From NCBI GenBank assembly GCA_963514005.1, contig OY740801.1, forward strand, positions 13,640,001 to 13,704,000: a stretch of DNA of 64,000 nucleotides, given 5' to 3'. Both the position numbers and the translations under genes were made by a program. Of the stretch, positions 48,601-60,600 are shown one piece after another (the stretch's first letter is position 1; every line of letters begins with the position of its first letter). Origin of the DNA: Raja brachyura (taxonomy: Eukaryota). Under the pieces are notes generated by a model. The model did not search any database. It saw nothing but the letters and a program-made list of their open reading frames with translations, and was not told the origin of the DNA.

Positions 48601-51600
48601 CCAATAGCAGCTCTCCCACTGTCAACCAAAATTATTCCCTCATAAAGCCTCTACAGCAGTGGTTCTTAACCCTTTTGGCCCCACGACCCCATCAGACATT
48701 CTTAGTCAATACCGTGACCCCCGAAACAAATTATTTTTAAAAACAGCCCGATTTATTAAAATATATCCGTCAATACTCAGTCAATGGGCTGAAATTGCTT
48801 CGCAGCCATGAGGCGATCAAAACGAGGATGAATGCTCGACTGGCAGCTCCTCATGTCAGCGTTGATCACAAGCCTATTGCGTGCTTTCGTTTTCAGAGTC
48901 ACCATGGTTGAGAATCCAGCCTCACAGCGTTAGGTTGAGGGGGACTGGACTAATAGTGTCAGGGCCCTCTTCGAAAGAACTGAACAGTCCTGTACTTTCA
49001 GCCAAAACGTGGTGAGTTCTTCTTCAATTAAGTCACTCTTGAGCTGCGTATCTTCACGAATTCGGTAAAATTCAACCTTCGCAGTCACGTCAGTATCTCT
49101 GATGGCACCATCTTCAACGGACAAAGGTCGGACAATCCAGTCATCACTAGAGCGGTTGTCCAGTCTGGGGTAGTAACGTTCGATGGCTTCACTAATTGCC
49201 AGAAGGTGGTGTGAGATCTCCTCGTGGAAGTGGCATAGCATCCAGGAGTGTCATCATCTCAGGGAAGATAGACGTGTTACCATCCTGGACTCTTCTCTGG
49301 TAAAGGTTCCTCCTGAACGCTGCCACTTTGTCACGAGCCGGGTGTAGCATTGGGAGGTTTCCTTGAAGTGACAGGTTCAAGGAATTGCCAAGTAAGCAAC
49401 CTTCATTACGAGCAGTTCATCCTGCATCTTTTCATAAAGCTGATTCTCCTTCTCAGTACACCCTCTCTCCAAGAACAGCACTATTTCCTCTTGAAGTTAA
49501 ATCACACGATTGAGAACATTACCATGCAAAAGCCAGCACACCTCTGTGTGGAATATCAGAACAGTGAAATCGGCACCCATTTCTTCACACATCGCTTTGA
49601 AGATTCTTGAGTTTGGTTCGCAATCTTCACCACATCTGAAAGCACTTCTCAAAAACCAGGGGGGAGAGTCTTCATCGCTAAAGCATAGCGATGTATCATG
49701 CAGTGGGTGAAGGAAACATGGGGAGCGACATCCTTCACAAAGGCTTTGAAGCCGGATCTGCATCCGACCATGGATTGTGTCCCATCTGTACACACCCCGA
49801 CAAGGCATTCCCAGCCAAGCTCATGTTTGATGAGGAAGGCTTCCAGCATTCAGAACCCATCTTCTCCCCGAGTGGTAATGGCCAATAGCTCCGAGAACAG
49901 GTACTCTTCCTTCATGGCTTCTCCGTCGAGGTAACGAACGTAGACCAGCAGTTGGGAACATGAGGCAACATCTGTTGACTCGTCCAGTTGCAGTGAATAC
50001 ACTGGACTGCCCTTCACAACGCTCACTACTTGCAGCAGAATATCATTACTCATACCCGAGATTCGACCTTTGACTGTGTCATTCGAAAGGGAAATCTGCC
50101 TGAACTTGTTTGACTGCTGTTCCCCCAGCACCAACTTCGCTGCTTGGAGAAGGCACGGCTTGATAAGCTCTTCACCGATGCTGTGAGGTTTCGTAGTCTG
50201 TGCGATTCGATAAGCAATCCGGTGTGAAACCTCCAGCGCTGCTTCATTGTGACGAGCGCAGTGACCCGTCCAATCGATGCGGGAACCCTTGCGTGCAGCT
50301 CCTTTTCGTTTGAAATAGTCCACGTCCTTCCCCGCCAGGTCGCTGTGACAAGACTCCAAATGGATCTTCAGTTTGCTGGGGTTCATGCACTCGTGGCTCA
50401 AAACCTTGGCACAGATAACACATTGCAGCTTGACCATGGATTTTTGAACAGTGCTTGTGAAGCTGAACTTATACGTGCGCTTCTTGGCAGATATGCTTCA
50501 CAACACACACAGTTTGTGTGCGTATACGTACGTGCATACGTGAACAAAATACTGTGTGTGGTATGTACCTTTGTTAGGTTCCTTAAAATGGGCTCAACAA
50601 ATTGATATGTTATTTATGACCCTTTCATGACCCCCGGAAAACCCCCAAAAGACCCCCATGGGGGGTTCATGGCCCCTAGGTTAAGAACCACTGCTCTACA
50701 GGGACTTGTGCAGCTGATAAATCAACAATGAAAAATATCACACTTCTAAGCATCACGAATGACCTCGGGACATTGCAAAGAAGCACTTTTATTGCATTTT
50801 AAGTAGCTTATTTTTATAGTGTATTCACTGTTGTAAAATAGGAAATAGCAACCTAATTGTGCACCACAGAGTTTTCTCCCTAACCCTATTGTCTATCGAT
50901 CCTGAATTAATTGCCTCACCCTCGTCTCATAACCGCAAAACAATCCCAAACTGATCCCACTACACCATTAAACTCAGCTGTTCTCCATTCACAGTCAACA
51001 GTTAAGTTAATCTCACTGCCTCAATGTCTCCACATCGTTTTGTATCAATCTATGACTAATCCTACTTCCTCAGCATCACCCTGTCACCTGTATTAAACTT
51101 AAACAAATCTCCCTATCCACACCCCAAAGTCAATACTAATTAATAGCACAAGCCAGCATTCTCCCGTTTGAATGTATCTTCCTCCGTTTAATCTAACCTG
51201 CAGTAACTAAGTCTTCACAAATCTAAAATTTAAAAGATGAGCAAGCAAAGGTTAATCAATATTCTCATTGGGGGAATCACATAACGTTAGGGATGATGTT
51301 CCAAATTTAATGTCAAATGTTATCATCAATTTTGGGTTCCTGAGTTCTCGCAGTGTTTACAACCCGTGGGGGTGGCAGTGAGTAGAGCCGCTGACTGTGA
51401 GAGTCAGAGGCCCGGGTTCAATCCTGACCTTGGGTGCTGCCTGTGTGGAGTTTGCACGTTCTGCCCGTGACCACGTGGGTTTCCTCTATGTGCACCAGTT
51501 TTCTCCCACTTCCCGAAGATGTGCGGATTTGTGGGTTAATTGGCCTCTGTAAATTGCCCCCAAGAGTGTAGGGAGTGACTGAGAAAGTGGGATAGCATAC

Positions 51601-54600
51601 AAGTGGTGTGAATGGCCGATTGATGGTCAGTATGGACTCGATGGGTTAATGGTAGACACAAAATTCTGGAGTAACTCAGCGGGTCAGGCAGCATCTCTAG
51701 AGGGAAGGAATGGGTGACGTTTCGGGTCGAGACCTTCTTCACACTGATGGGCCTGTTTCCATGCTCCAAACTCTAAACTACACTAAACAAAAGATAAACG
51801 GACACTCGAGTGCTTATGTAATTAAAAATCTCAGTGAAAGTTGGAGAAGAATCACGAGTAGATGGTTAAGCAAGGTCCTTTCATGTTTTCTGTCCATTTC
51901 TTCGAAATCCCTCTACTTTTTTTTAAAATGATTGCTTAATTTCTCCCACTCAGGAAGGAGGATTACAAAGTATCCCCTGGGTAGATCATAAGCTCATGTG
52001 ATCGGAGGAGAATTAGGCCATTCGGTCCATCAAGTCTACTCTGCCATTCAATCATGGCTGCTCACCATTTGTGTCCAAAGCAATCAGGTTCGTTGCGTGT
52101 AAGATGTCAATGTACAGCTTGCGCTCAGCAACTTCATAGTGGCACTTGATACAGAGCATTCCATATGGCGTTGGCTCCGCTGATTTCTGGAAAGGAACAC
52201 TGAAATTAGCATTCCTTTACAGTGGAGTTATTCCTTCCCACTTATTCCTCCCTCCTTCCATAATACTGATTCTGCACTGCATCAAATCTGCTCATATTTG
52301 ACCTGATGCCATTGGATATCATGGGGTACAGAGTCAATATGGAAGATTCCAAGGGCTACTGCTTCCTATTGCATACTGCAGTGCCACCTCCTGGACATTT
52401 CCAGGGATTGTGTTGGACCGCTCTGGCCGATACAGTTGTGTGAGGATAACTATGTCAGGTTGTTGCTGGATTTGTCGATGTAACAGTTTTCTTGATTTAG
52501 ACAGCAATCCCAAATGTTCATGGACAACATTGAGATATTCATATTCAGGGCTAGGTCACCAGCCAGGCTGTTGCTGAGGATTTGTTCCGTTTTATCCTCA
52601 GTTTACACCAAAGATAGACACAAAGTGCAGGAGTAACTCAGTGGGCCAGGCAGCAGTTTCGGCCTTAAACGCCAACTGTTATTTTTCTCCAGAGATGCTG
52701 CCTGGCCCACTGAGTTCTACTCTGGCATTTTGTGTCTATCTTCGGTGTAAATCAGCATCTACAGTTCCTTCTTACACATTTTCTCAGTTTACATCTCTGG
52801 ACAGGTCAGCTGCAATTAACCAGCCTTCACCACCCTACCTCATCCCACACTGCCACTCTTTATTCAATCAACCTCTCTTGTCTCCCGCCTGTCATGGACA
52901 CTTCTTTTGTTCTCTTCGCCCTTTCCTCCTGCTTCGTTGCAACTTAAAACTTGTTTGACTTTTAACCTTATGTGGTGCTGATGAAATGTTAACCCTGTTT
53001 CGTTATCCAAAGGTGCTGAAGTGGTTTCAGTATTTTTTGTGCTACACCTGTCAATACACAATAGACAATAGGTGCAAGAGTAGGCCATTTGGTCCTTCAA
53101 GCCAGCACCGCCATTCAATGTGATCATGGCTGATCATCCACAATCAGTACTCCGTTCCTGCCTTCCTGTCCTGGGAGTGTTTGGTGGCCAGTGCAGACGG
53201 AGCTTTGCATTGTAACTGATCCTTGTTGTACCTTACCTGCTGTTGTATTTTGGCCTGATAGGCCTTCTCGATTAGCTCCTGTGTTGAGCACTTATTAGAT
53301 GCAACTCCTCCTTCAGAGCCTGTAGATCCAAGGTTCCAAAGATTAAAAGATGAGGAAAACACTTTAAAAAGAAGGAAATCAGCAATTGTGCAACAATACA
53401 TTCAGGGGTTGGTCTATGGCAGTAATGCGGACAACGAGCAGGAGTGGAACTAAAGTCAACAGCCTAAGATATAACCAATATCTTGTGAAGAAATGTATAA
53501 TGAATTGAGAGACATAAAAACAGAGAGGGTGGAATCACGAATATTTTTATCATCATCCTAAAAGAGTGGGAGGATTGGAAAATGAGGAATGTGAGTGAGA
53601 GAGAAATTAAAGAAAGTCGTTGAGAGGAAAGAAGCAGGAACGGGGAGAGGGTGAAATTGAAGGGGCCTGAATAGAAACTGCGTGTGAGAAATAGAGATAC
53701 GGAAAAGAAGAGGNNNNNNNNNNNNNNNNNNNNNNNNNNNNNNNNNNNNNNNNNNNNNNNNNNNNNNNNNNNNNNNNNNNNNNNNNNNNNNNNNNNNNNN
53801 NNNNNNNNNNNNNNNNNNNNNNNNNNNNNNNNNNNNNNNNNNNNNNNNNNNNNNNNNNNNNNNNNNNNNNNNNNNNGAGGGGAGGGGTAGGAAGCGGGAG
53901 CGGGAGAGAGATGAATTGAGTGATGGATTGCACAGAGAGAGAAGACCAGGGAAAATAAAAGATGGAGAGAGGCAGCAAAAGAAGTCTGGGTGCGGGAGAA
54001 TATGCTTGGTCTCCTACTAAATTGTTTTCTAAGTAGCCCTTCTGTTTCCATTCAGAAAACAATGAATATTTCAGCAGAAGAGGTTCCTTCGTATCTTTGC
54101 TCTCTATTCTTGCTCCATTTCTGCCTTATTTCTGTGATATATTTTTTCTCTACATCTCACATTAATTCTTGATTCTTGATTGTAATATCCCTTGAGGGAA
54201 TGGATCCCATATTGCAATAACCTTTTCTGTGGAACACCTCTTGAATCTTTTTTTCTGTTTCCAGTGAGAATCAGTCAGTCAGTCCAAACAACCTTTCTCT
54301 ATTCCCCTTTTCTTTTGGACACCTGATTCCCCCATCATTTCCCACTGTTGGTTACTTCCATTCCTGAGATGTTCCAGGCATCGAGTCGCCAGTTCGTGTA
54401 AAACGAACACCATTTACCTTGTAACTTTCATTCCGTAAGCTGTGAATTGGCAACCCCTGTCCCTCAGCGTGAAGAAACACCACAAGAGCCTAGGGAGAAA
54501 CACAATGAATCTTCCAGAAATGCAGAACATCACAGCACTTTTGTGTGTTCCGTTGCTTTTTATTTGTATGACTGACTTGGCAAATTAAATTCCTCGTATG

Positions 54601-57600
54601 TTGCAATAAGGTATGGCTAATAAAGTATTATTGTATTGTATCACACTGGACCCTTTAGACAGTGGTTTGTGAACAAATGGCTGAACCATATCGAACCCAC
54701 GGGCTATGGTTTATAAAGACACACGTTTTGCAGAAGGACCAGGGTATATTCAGCAAAGCACTGGGCCACTACTGTGACTTGCTGTCAGCAGGTGATATTG
54801 GGCAAAGAACTGGAGCACCCGTAAGGTTTTTGTACAGGACGCCCTGAGGATGGAGATGTTGGGGGGGGGGGGGGGGGGAGGGGGGGGGGAGGATAACTAG
54901 TGGAGGGATCAACAGGGGGCTTCATGCCTAGTTGAGGGAGGGTGTATGGCACACAGTGAATGTGCTTACTTAGGGAGAGGGTGAATGGCTGGTAGTGAAT
55001 TAGATCGATCAGTGCAGCCCCTTGTCATTAACTTTGAAGGATAGCCAGTAAAAAAATTAGATGTCATCCAGATAAGACTTAAAAGTACTTTAAAAGGGAG
55101 AGGGAGGAGATGCTTGTCAAGTGGTATAATCTCATTAAAGATGTTGGAAATTGTGAAGAGTGATCCATTGAATGTGAAGGCTCATGCTCTTCAGAAGCCA
55201 ATGAGCTTCTTGAGAAGCAAAGTTGAGTCCTGTCACTGAAAGTTTTATGTACCTTTGGTTTAAGCTGACATTTTAGTACAGGGCAGTGGAGATGTCACAC
55301 TGTCAGACTATTCAGGTGGATCTTACACACTTCCATGCACTCTTAGCCGGGCAGTTCTGTCATTTAACATCGGGAGAAGAATGGAAAACAGGGGAGAGAC
55401 AATGACTTTGCCTTCCATCACAGTGAGGAGGAGATTCACTGTGATGGATGTTTGTGTAAATTGCGTTAATTGTGTGTCTTGTTAATTGTTTCTTCTTGTT
55501 GTATGACTGCAGAAACCAACATTTTGTTTGAACTTCAAATGACAATAAACTGTATTGTGTTACAGAAACCGCATTTATCACTTTATAAACACAAAGTTAC
55601 AAGGAGCACCTTCGGATATCCAATGGATGTGATGATCAGTGAGAAATATACAGACATCAGCTGTTGAATTGAAGGGTGTGAAACCTGGTGTAAGTTCCTG
55701 CCACGTGGCAGTTCATGTAATTAGTGCAAGAACACAGTTCACATTAAATCCAGAATCTGGCAGCCACAACAACGGCAGACATAACAAAGGGAATTTGTAC
55801 AGGAAATACTGGAACATTTGGGCTGCATGTCGGAGACATCGTAACATCAGGGACATAAGCTTTGAAATGGATAGACAGTCAACAGAAACCAGCATACTAA
55901 CATATTCCCAAAGACAAACATGAATGGACACATATTAACCGACAGGTGTGAGTATTGGAGGGAAGCTAACCGAGGGATGGCAGATTGAATTGGTAACCTG
56001 TTACATCAGGTTGGAAGATTCCCATCCTGGCCATCAAAAGACTTGATGAGCTCAAATCAGAAATGATTTACTGCTTAAAACAAGGGTACTTTAACATTGG
56101 ATGACCAGACATTCCATCCATGTTCTTTCAAGATACTATTGCAATGCCAACAGTCTACACAAGCCATCAGGTCAGTTTAGGATGACTAGAGTTCTGAAAG
56201 ATAGTGGAGTCAGGGGATATGGGGAGAAGGCAGGAACGGGGTACCGATTGGGAATGATCAGCCATGATCACATTGAATGGCGGTGCTGGCTCGAAGGGCT
56301 GAATGGCCTACTCCTGCACCTATTGTCTATTGTCCAAAGGTTGTTAGTAGTTTGCAGTACAATAGAGAGTGTGTGAAAAGTAACAGGGAGTGCAGCAGAG
56401 ATTGTGTCTACGCTGATCCGCCATATTAATTTGGGAGATTCAGGAGCAGATTGGTTGAATAGAGCATGTCTGAGGTTTAGCTGTCGCTGCTGCCAACCCA
56501 CGCTGTATCTCTAAAGGTAAAGCTAGCGATTCAGTTTTCCTTCATCCAGTTAAGTATACTGCGCTTGGTGCTCACATTGTGTTCGCCTCAGCATTGGGAA
56601 AAATCAAAAGCAGATCAGGACGCACCTTTGATTATTGTGCAAAGTAAGCCTGAGCTTCCAGTTGCCTGTGACTTTAAACCCCCATTCTCCAATTTGACCC
56701 ATGTGTCTAGTTTCTTACACTGTTCCAATGATTGAACCCTGAACAGTGTGTCATCTTCCGGCATTCAAAGCTCAACTCTGAGGTTGAGGTTAATTTCAGA
56801 CANNNNNNNNNNNNNNNNNNNNNNNNNNNNNNNNNNNNNNNNNNNNNNNNNNNNNNNNNNNNNNNNNNNNNNNNNNNNNNNNNNNNNNNNNNNNNNNNNN
56901 NNNNNNNNNNNNNNNNNNNNNNNNNNNNNNNNNNNNNNNNNNNNNNNNNNNNNNNNNNNNNNNNNNNNNNNNNNNNNNNNNNNNNNNNNNNNNNNNCTCT
57001 TATTGGAGATTTCACTTTCATCTATCTAAACACACTTCCCTGGACACACTTGTTCATTCCTATCCTTCACCAGCCTCTCTGCTGTTACCATCACCTCTTC
57101 TAGTATCCACACTACTCCTCCCTTTGCAACTTTTAATGTGTATCATCTCAAATTCGTTTCAGCACTGATGAAAGATTGAGGACCTGTACCATTAACTTGT
57201 GTTCTCTCTCCATGGATGCTGATTGCATTTCTGAGTATTTCCAACACTATTTCTAATAGGGGTGGGTCTCCCTGGAGAGAAAGTTTATAGAGTTGGGAAA
57301 CAGGATACCAGTTGACTCAAGGAGTTAATTTTGAATTTTAAAGTAGGAGAATATTTTAATGTAGTTACAAATTTTTGGTGAGGCCATGCTATTAGTGATA
57401 CCCATTACTGCACAAAATAACTTGAAGTGATGAAACCGTTCCCATTATGATCTTTGCACCAATTATAAAATAACGTATTATTCAATGAATATTAAACAGA
57501 CACCGAAATCCTTTTGGGCCAAATGACATGAAAAGCCACCAAGGTCTCCCTCATTCCCTTCCTCTGCATCAATTATTCAAGGGCCGTTTACTCAACTTAG

Positions 57601-60600
57601 TTAAGGCAATAGAGCCCAGCTATCTGTTATGTGTTAATACTACATATACCGCTGCCCCTACCACCAAACATACACCCCTTACTGAAAGAATGGGTCCTTA
57701 CTTTGCACACTTGCTATCTGGTCACCCTACTCCAGCAGGACATCGAACATAAGACAGTAGAAGCAGCCTAGAGCAGATGAGAACAAAGACATCTTGAGAC
57801 CAAGAAATATTTATGGAGCTTTAGGCATAAACCCACAGAAATGTTGTCCTAAATTAAATTCTGTTAACAAATGGATATTGACTGGAACTCCCTCCCCAAA
57901 CCTTACCAGGTAATATAACCTCTATGTAAAGTCACAGTGACAACCACTTGAGTTCAATCCTGTCTGTGTGGTGCTTGACCATTTTTCCTGTGACCAGGTG
58001 GATTTTCTCCAGGTTCTTCAGTTTCCTCCCATATCCCAAAGATGTGCTGGATGGTTGATTAAATTGCCTCTGTAAATTGCCCCTAATGTGCATACGAATG
58101 GCAGAATCTGGAAGGAGTCGATGAGAATATGAGGAGAATTAAAAATGATTTAAGGAAAATGGGGGGGTTGAAGGTTGACGCAGACTTGCTTGGCTGAAGT
58201 GGCCTGTTTCTGTGCAATATCTCTTCTTTAGTCAGAGGGTGGTGAATCTGTGGAATTCATTGCCACGGAAGGCTGTGGCGGGCAAGTCACTGGATATTTT
58301 TAGATTCAGATTCAAAGATTCAGATTCAGACTTTATGGTCATTGTGCAGTGTACAAGTACAGAGACAACGGAAGAGATAGGAAGAGATTAAGGAAGAGAT
58401 AGGTAGATTCTTGATTAGTATGAATGCCAGGGGTTATGGGGAGAAGGCAGGAGAATGGGGTTAAGAGGGGAAGATTGATCAGCCATGATTGAATGGCGGA
58501 GTAGACTTGATGGGCCGAATGGCCCAGTTCTGCTCCTAGAACATATGGACATATGATATCCCTCAATGATACCATGACTCTGAACAGCCACTTTATTTCT
58601 AATTTGTGTTCACTTTAAATAGGCAAAGTAAAATAACAGCTTTGAACTTGGAATCAAGCAAATGTTTGTACCCACATTAAAATGTAATTTTAGCTGCACA
58701 ATGTTCTGCTTCACTTTGTCTGCTTCCTGGGAAACATGCGTGTAACAAAAAAAGACTTACAAAGTTGAAATGTGCCTGCTGGAATGACCCTGAACAAGCC
58801 AAGCAACCATTTAAGGAGCCCAACTATTATTCTGTACACTAAACAATGGTCAGAGATTGACGGTAGAAGTCAGCTGAACAAACAAAGCAAGCAACAAGTA
58901 ATGTGAAAATGAAGATCATTGCATCTCTTTTTGTGTGCAGTATTAAGCATCCCTTCATGTGGTCACGGTCAGGATACAATGGATACAGATACAGTTGGCT
59001 GCCACACATAGAAATCAGAGCACAGAGTGGGAACAGGCTTGTGCAAGTGTTGGTGACTGGACCTCTAACCTCCAGAGTAAAGTGAAATCGCTCGTAGAAT
59101 TCGGCTGACACCCCAGTATTTGTAGTCAATGCTTCAGCAATCAAATCCAACAGCAATTTCCACAAAGTTGCCAATATCCTGAGGAAATACAGAAAAAGTC
59201 CATTGGCAGTGACATACAGGAGAAGGGTCCTGACCCGAAACATCACCTATACTTGTTCTCTGCCTGACCCACTGAGTTGCTCCAGCACTTTGTATATATT
59301 TTTTGTACAGCAGCATCTGCAGTTCCGTGTTTCTACAATGGAAGGTTAGCTCTTAAGTCAATGGGACAGATTATTTTCAAGATGTCCATAATAGTGAAAT
59401 ATTCTGCAACAGGTGTAGTCAAACAAGGTATAGAGTAAATATTGGAGGTAGACAGAAGTGCTGGAGAAACTCAGCGGTTGAGGCAGCATTTATGGAGCGA
59501 AGGAAATAGGAAACGTTTCGGGCTGAAACCCTTCTTCAGACTTTATGGCCCGAAATTTGCCTATTTCCTTTGCTCTATAGATGCTGCCTCACCTGCTGAG
59601 TTTCTCCAGCATTTTTGTCTACCTTCGACTTTCCAGCATCTGCAGTTCCTTCTTTAACATAGAGTAAATATTAGAGTTTTAGAAACTGCAGATGCTGGAA
59701 ATTTGTAAATAACAAAAGGAGCTCAAGGTCTTTGAGCTGAAAATTGACTCTGTTTCTCTTTCCAGCATATTCTGTTTATTTAAAATAGAGTGAAGCACCC
59801 TACGCACTATCTGAGTCTTTTCTCCCATTCCAGTAGAACATGATGTTTTTTGTTCCATCAAACAGTCCCAGGGCAGGTACAGCATTCATTAGATCAGTGT
59901 AAAGTTTCCTCAGAGCTGATATGGAGTAGAGCTTTTCAATTTGGATTGGGGTTGGAGACCTCGCTCTAGGAACTAATTAATTGAATCAAGCGTGATGTGA
60001 ATATTCTTCAGCTGCTGCAGTAAAAATCTCAAGCACTTCAATCCTCTCAGCAAATTAAAAACAATAACCCCCAATGCACTTGACTTATCTTTTTGATAGT
60101 ACTATAATGACTACACTTCAGTAATACTCAATTGGCTGGAATGTAGTTTGGAATATGTTGAGGCTATGGAAGTCTCCACAGAAATTTCTGTAGGGTGGCA
60201 CGGTGGCGCAGCAGTAGAGTTGTTGCCTTACAGTAGCAATGTTACAGAATTTTGAGATTTAAAAAATCAAAAAGTCTGCAATTTATCCCATCAGATAAAG
60301 CATAAAAAGAAGTTTAATTTGACACCTAATTCACTTTCATATCTTCAGTATTAAGAAAGTTATGACCATTTTCATACTCGGTAATTAGCATCTTGTTCCC
60401 CATTGCCTTTCAATTGACTTAACTAAAAAGCTGTGATCTAGAATCGTTAAAAGCCCATAACTTTGTTAAAAATTAAGAGAACTCAATGAAATTTCCAGTT
60501 ATTATAGATTGAAGCATTCTGAAACAAATATGAAACAATCTTACTTGGATGACCTGAAATTAAAGCATATAATTAGTTAGTTATCTAATTGTAGCTAATC

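Noticed and set aside
49850-50437. Domesticated ZBED/SCAND3-like gene
   Set aside because: The ORF is one fragment of a frameshifted transposase still bounded by TIRs and a TSD.
53714-56996. BAIAP3 exons hidden in the two N gaps
   Set aside because: The flanking exons already give a peptide contiguous with the recalled BAIAP3 sequence, so no exon appears to be missing.
60193-60233. tRNA genes suggested by A/B-box-like motifs (also near 26410, 48235, 51370)
   Set aside because: They continue into SINE core and tail sequence and do not form cloverleafs.
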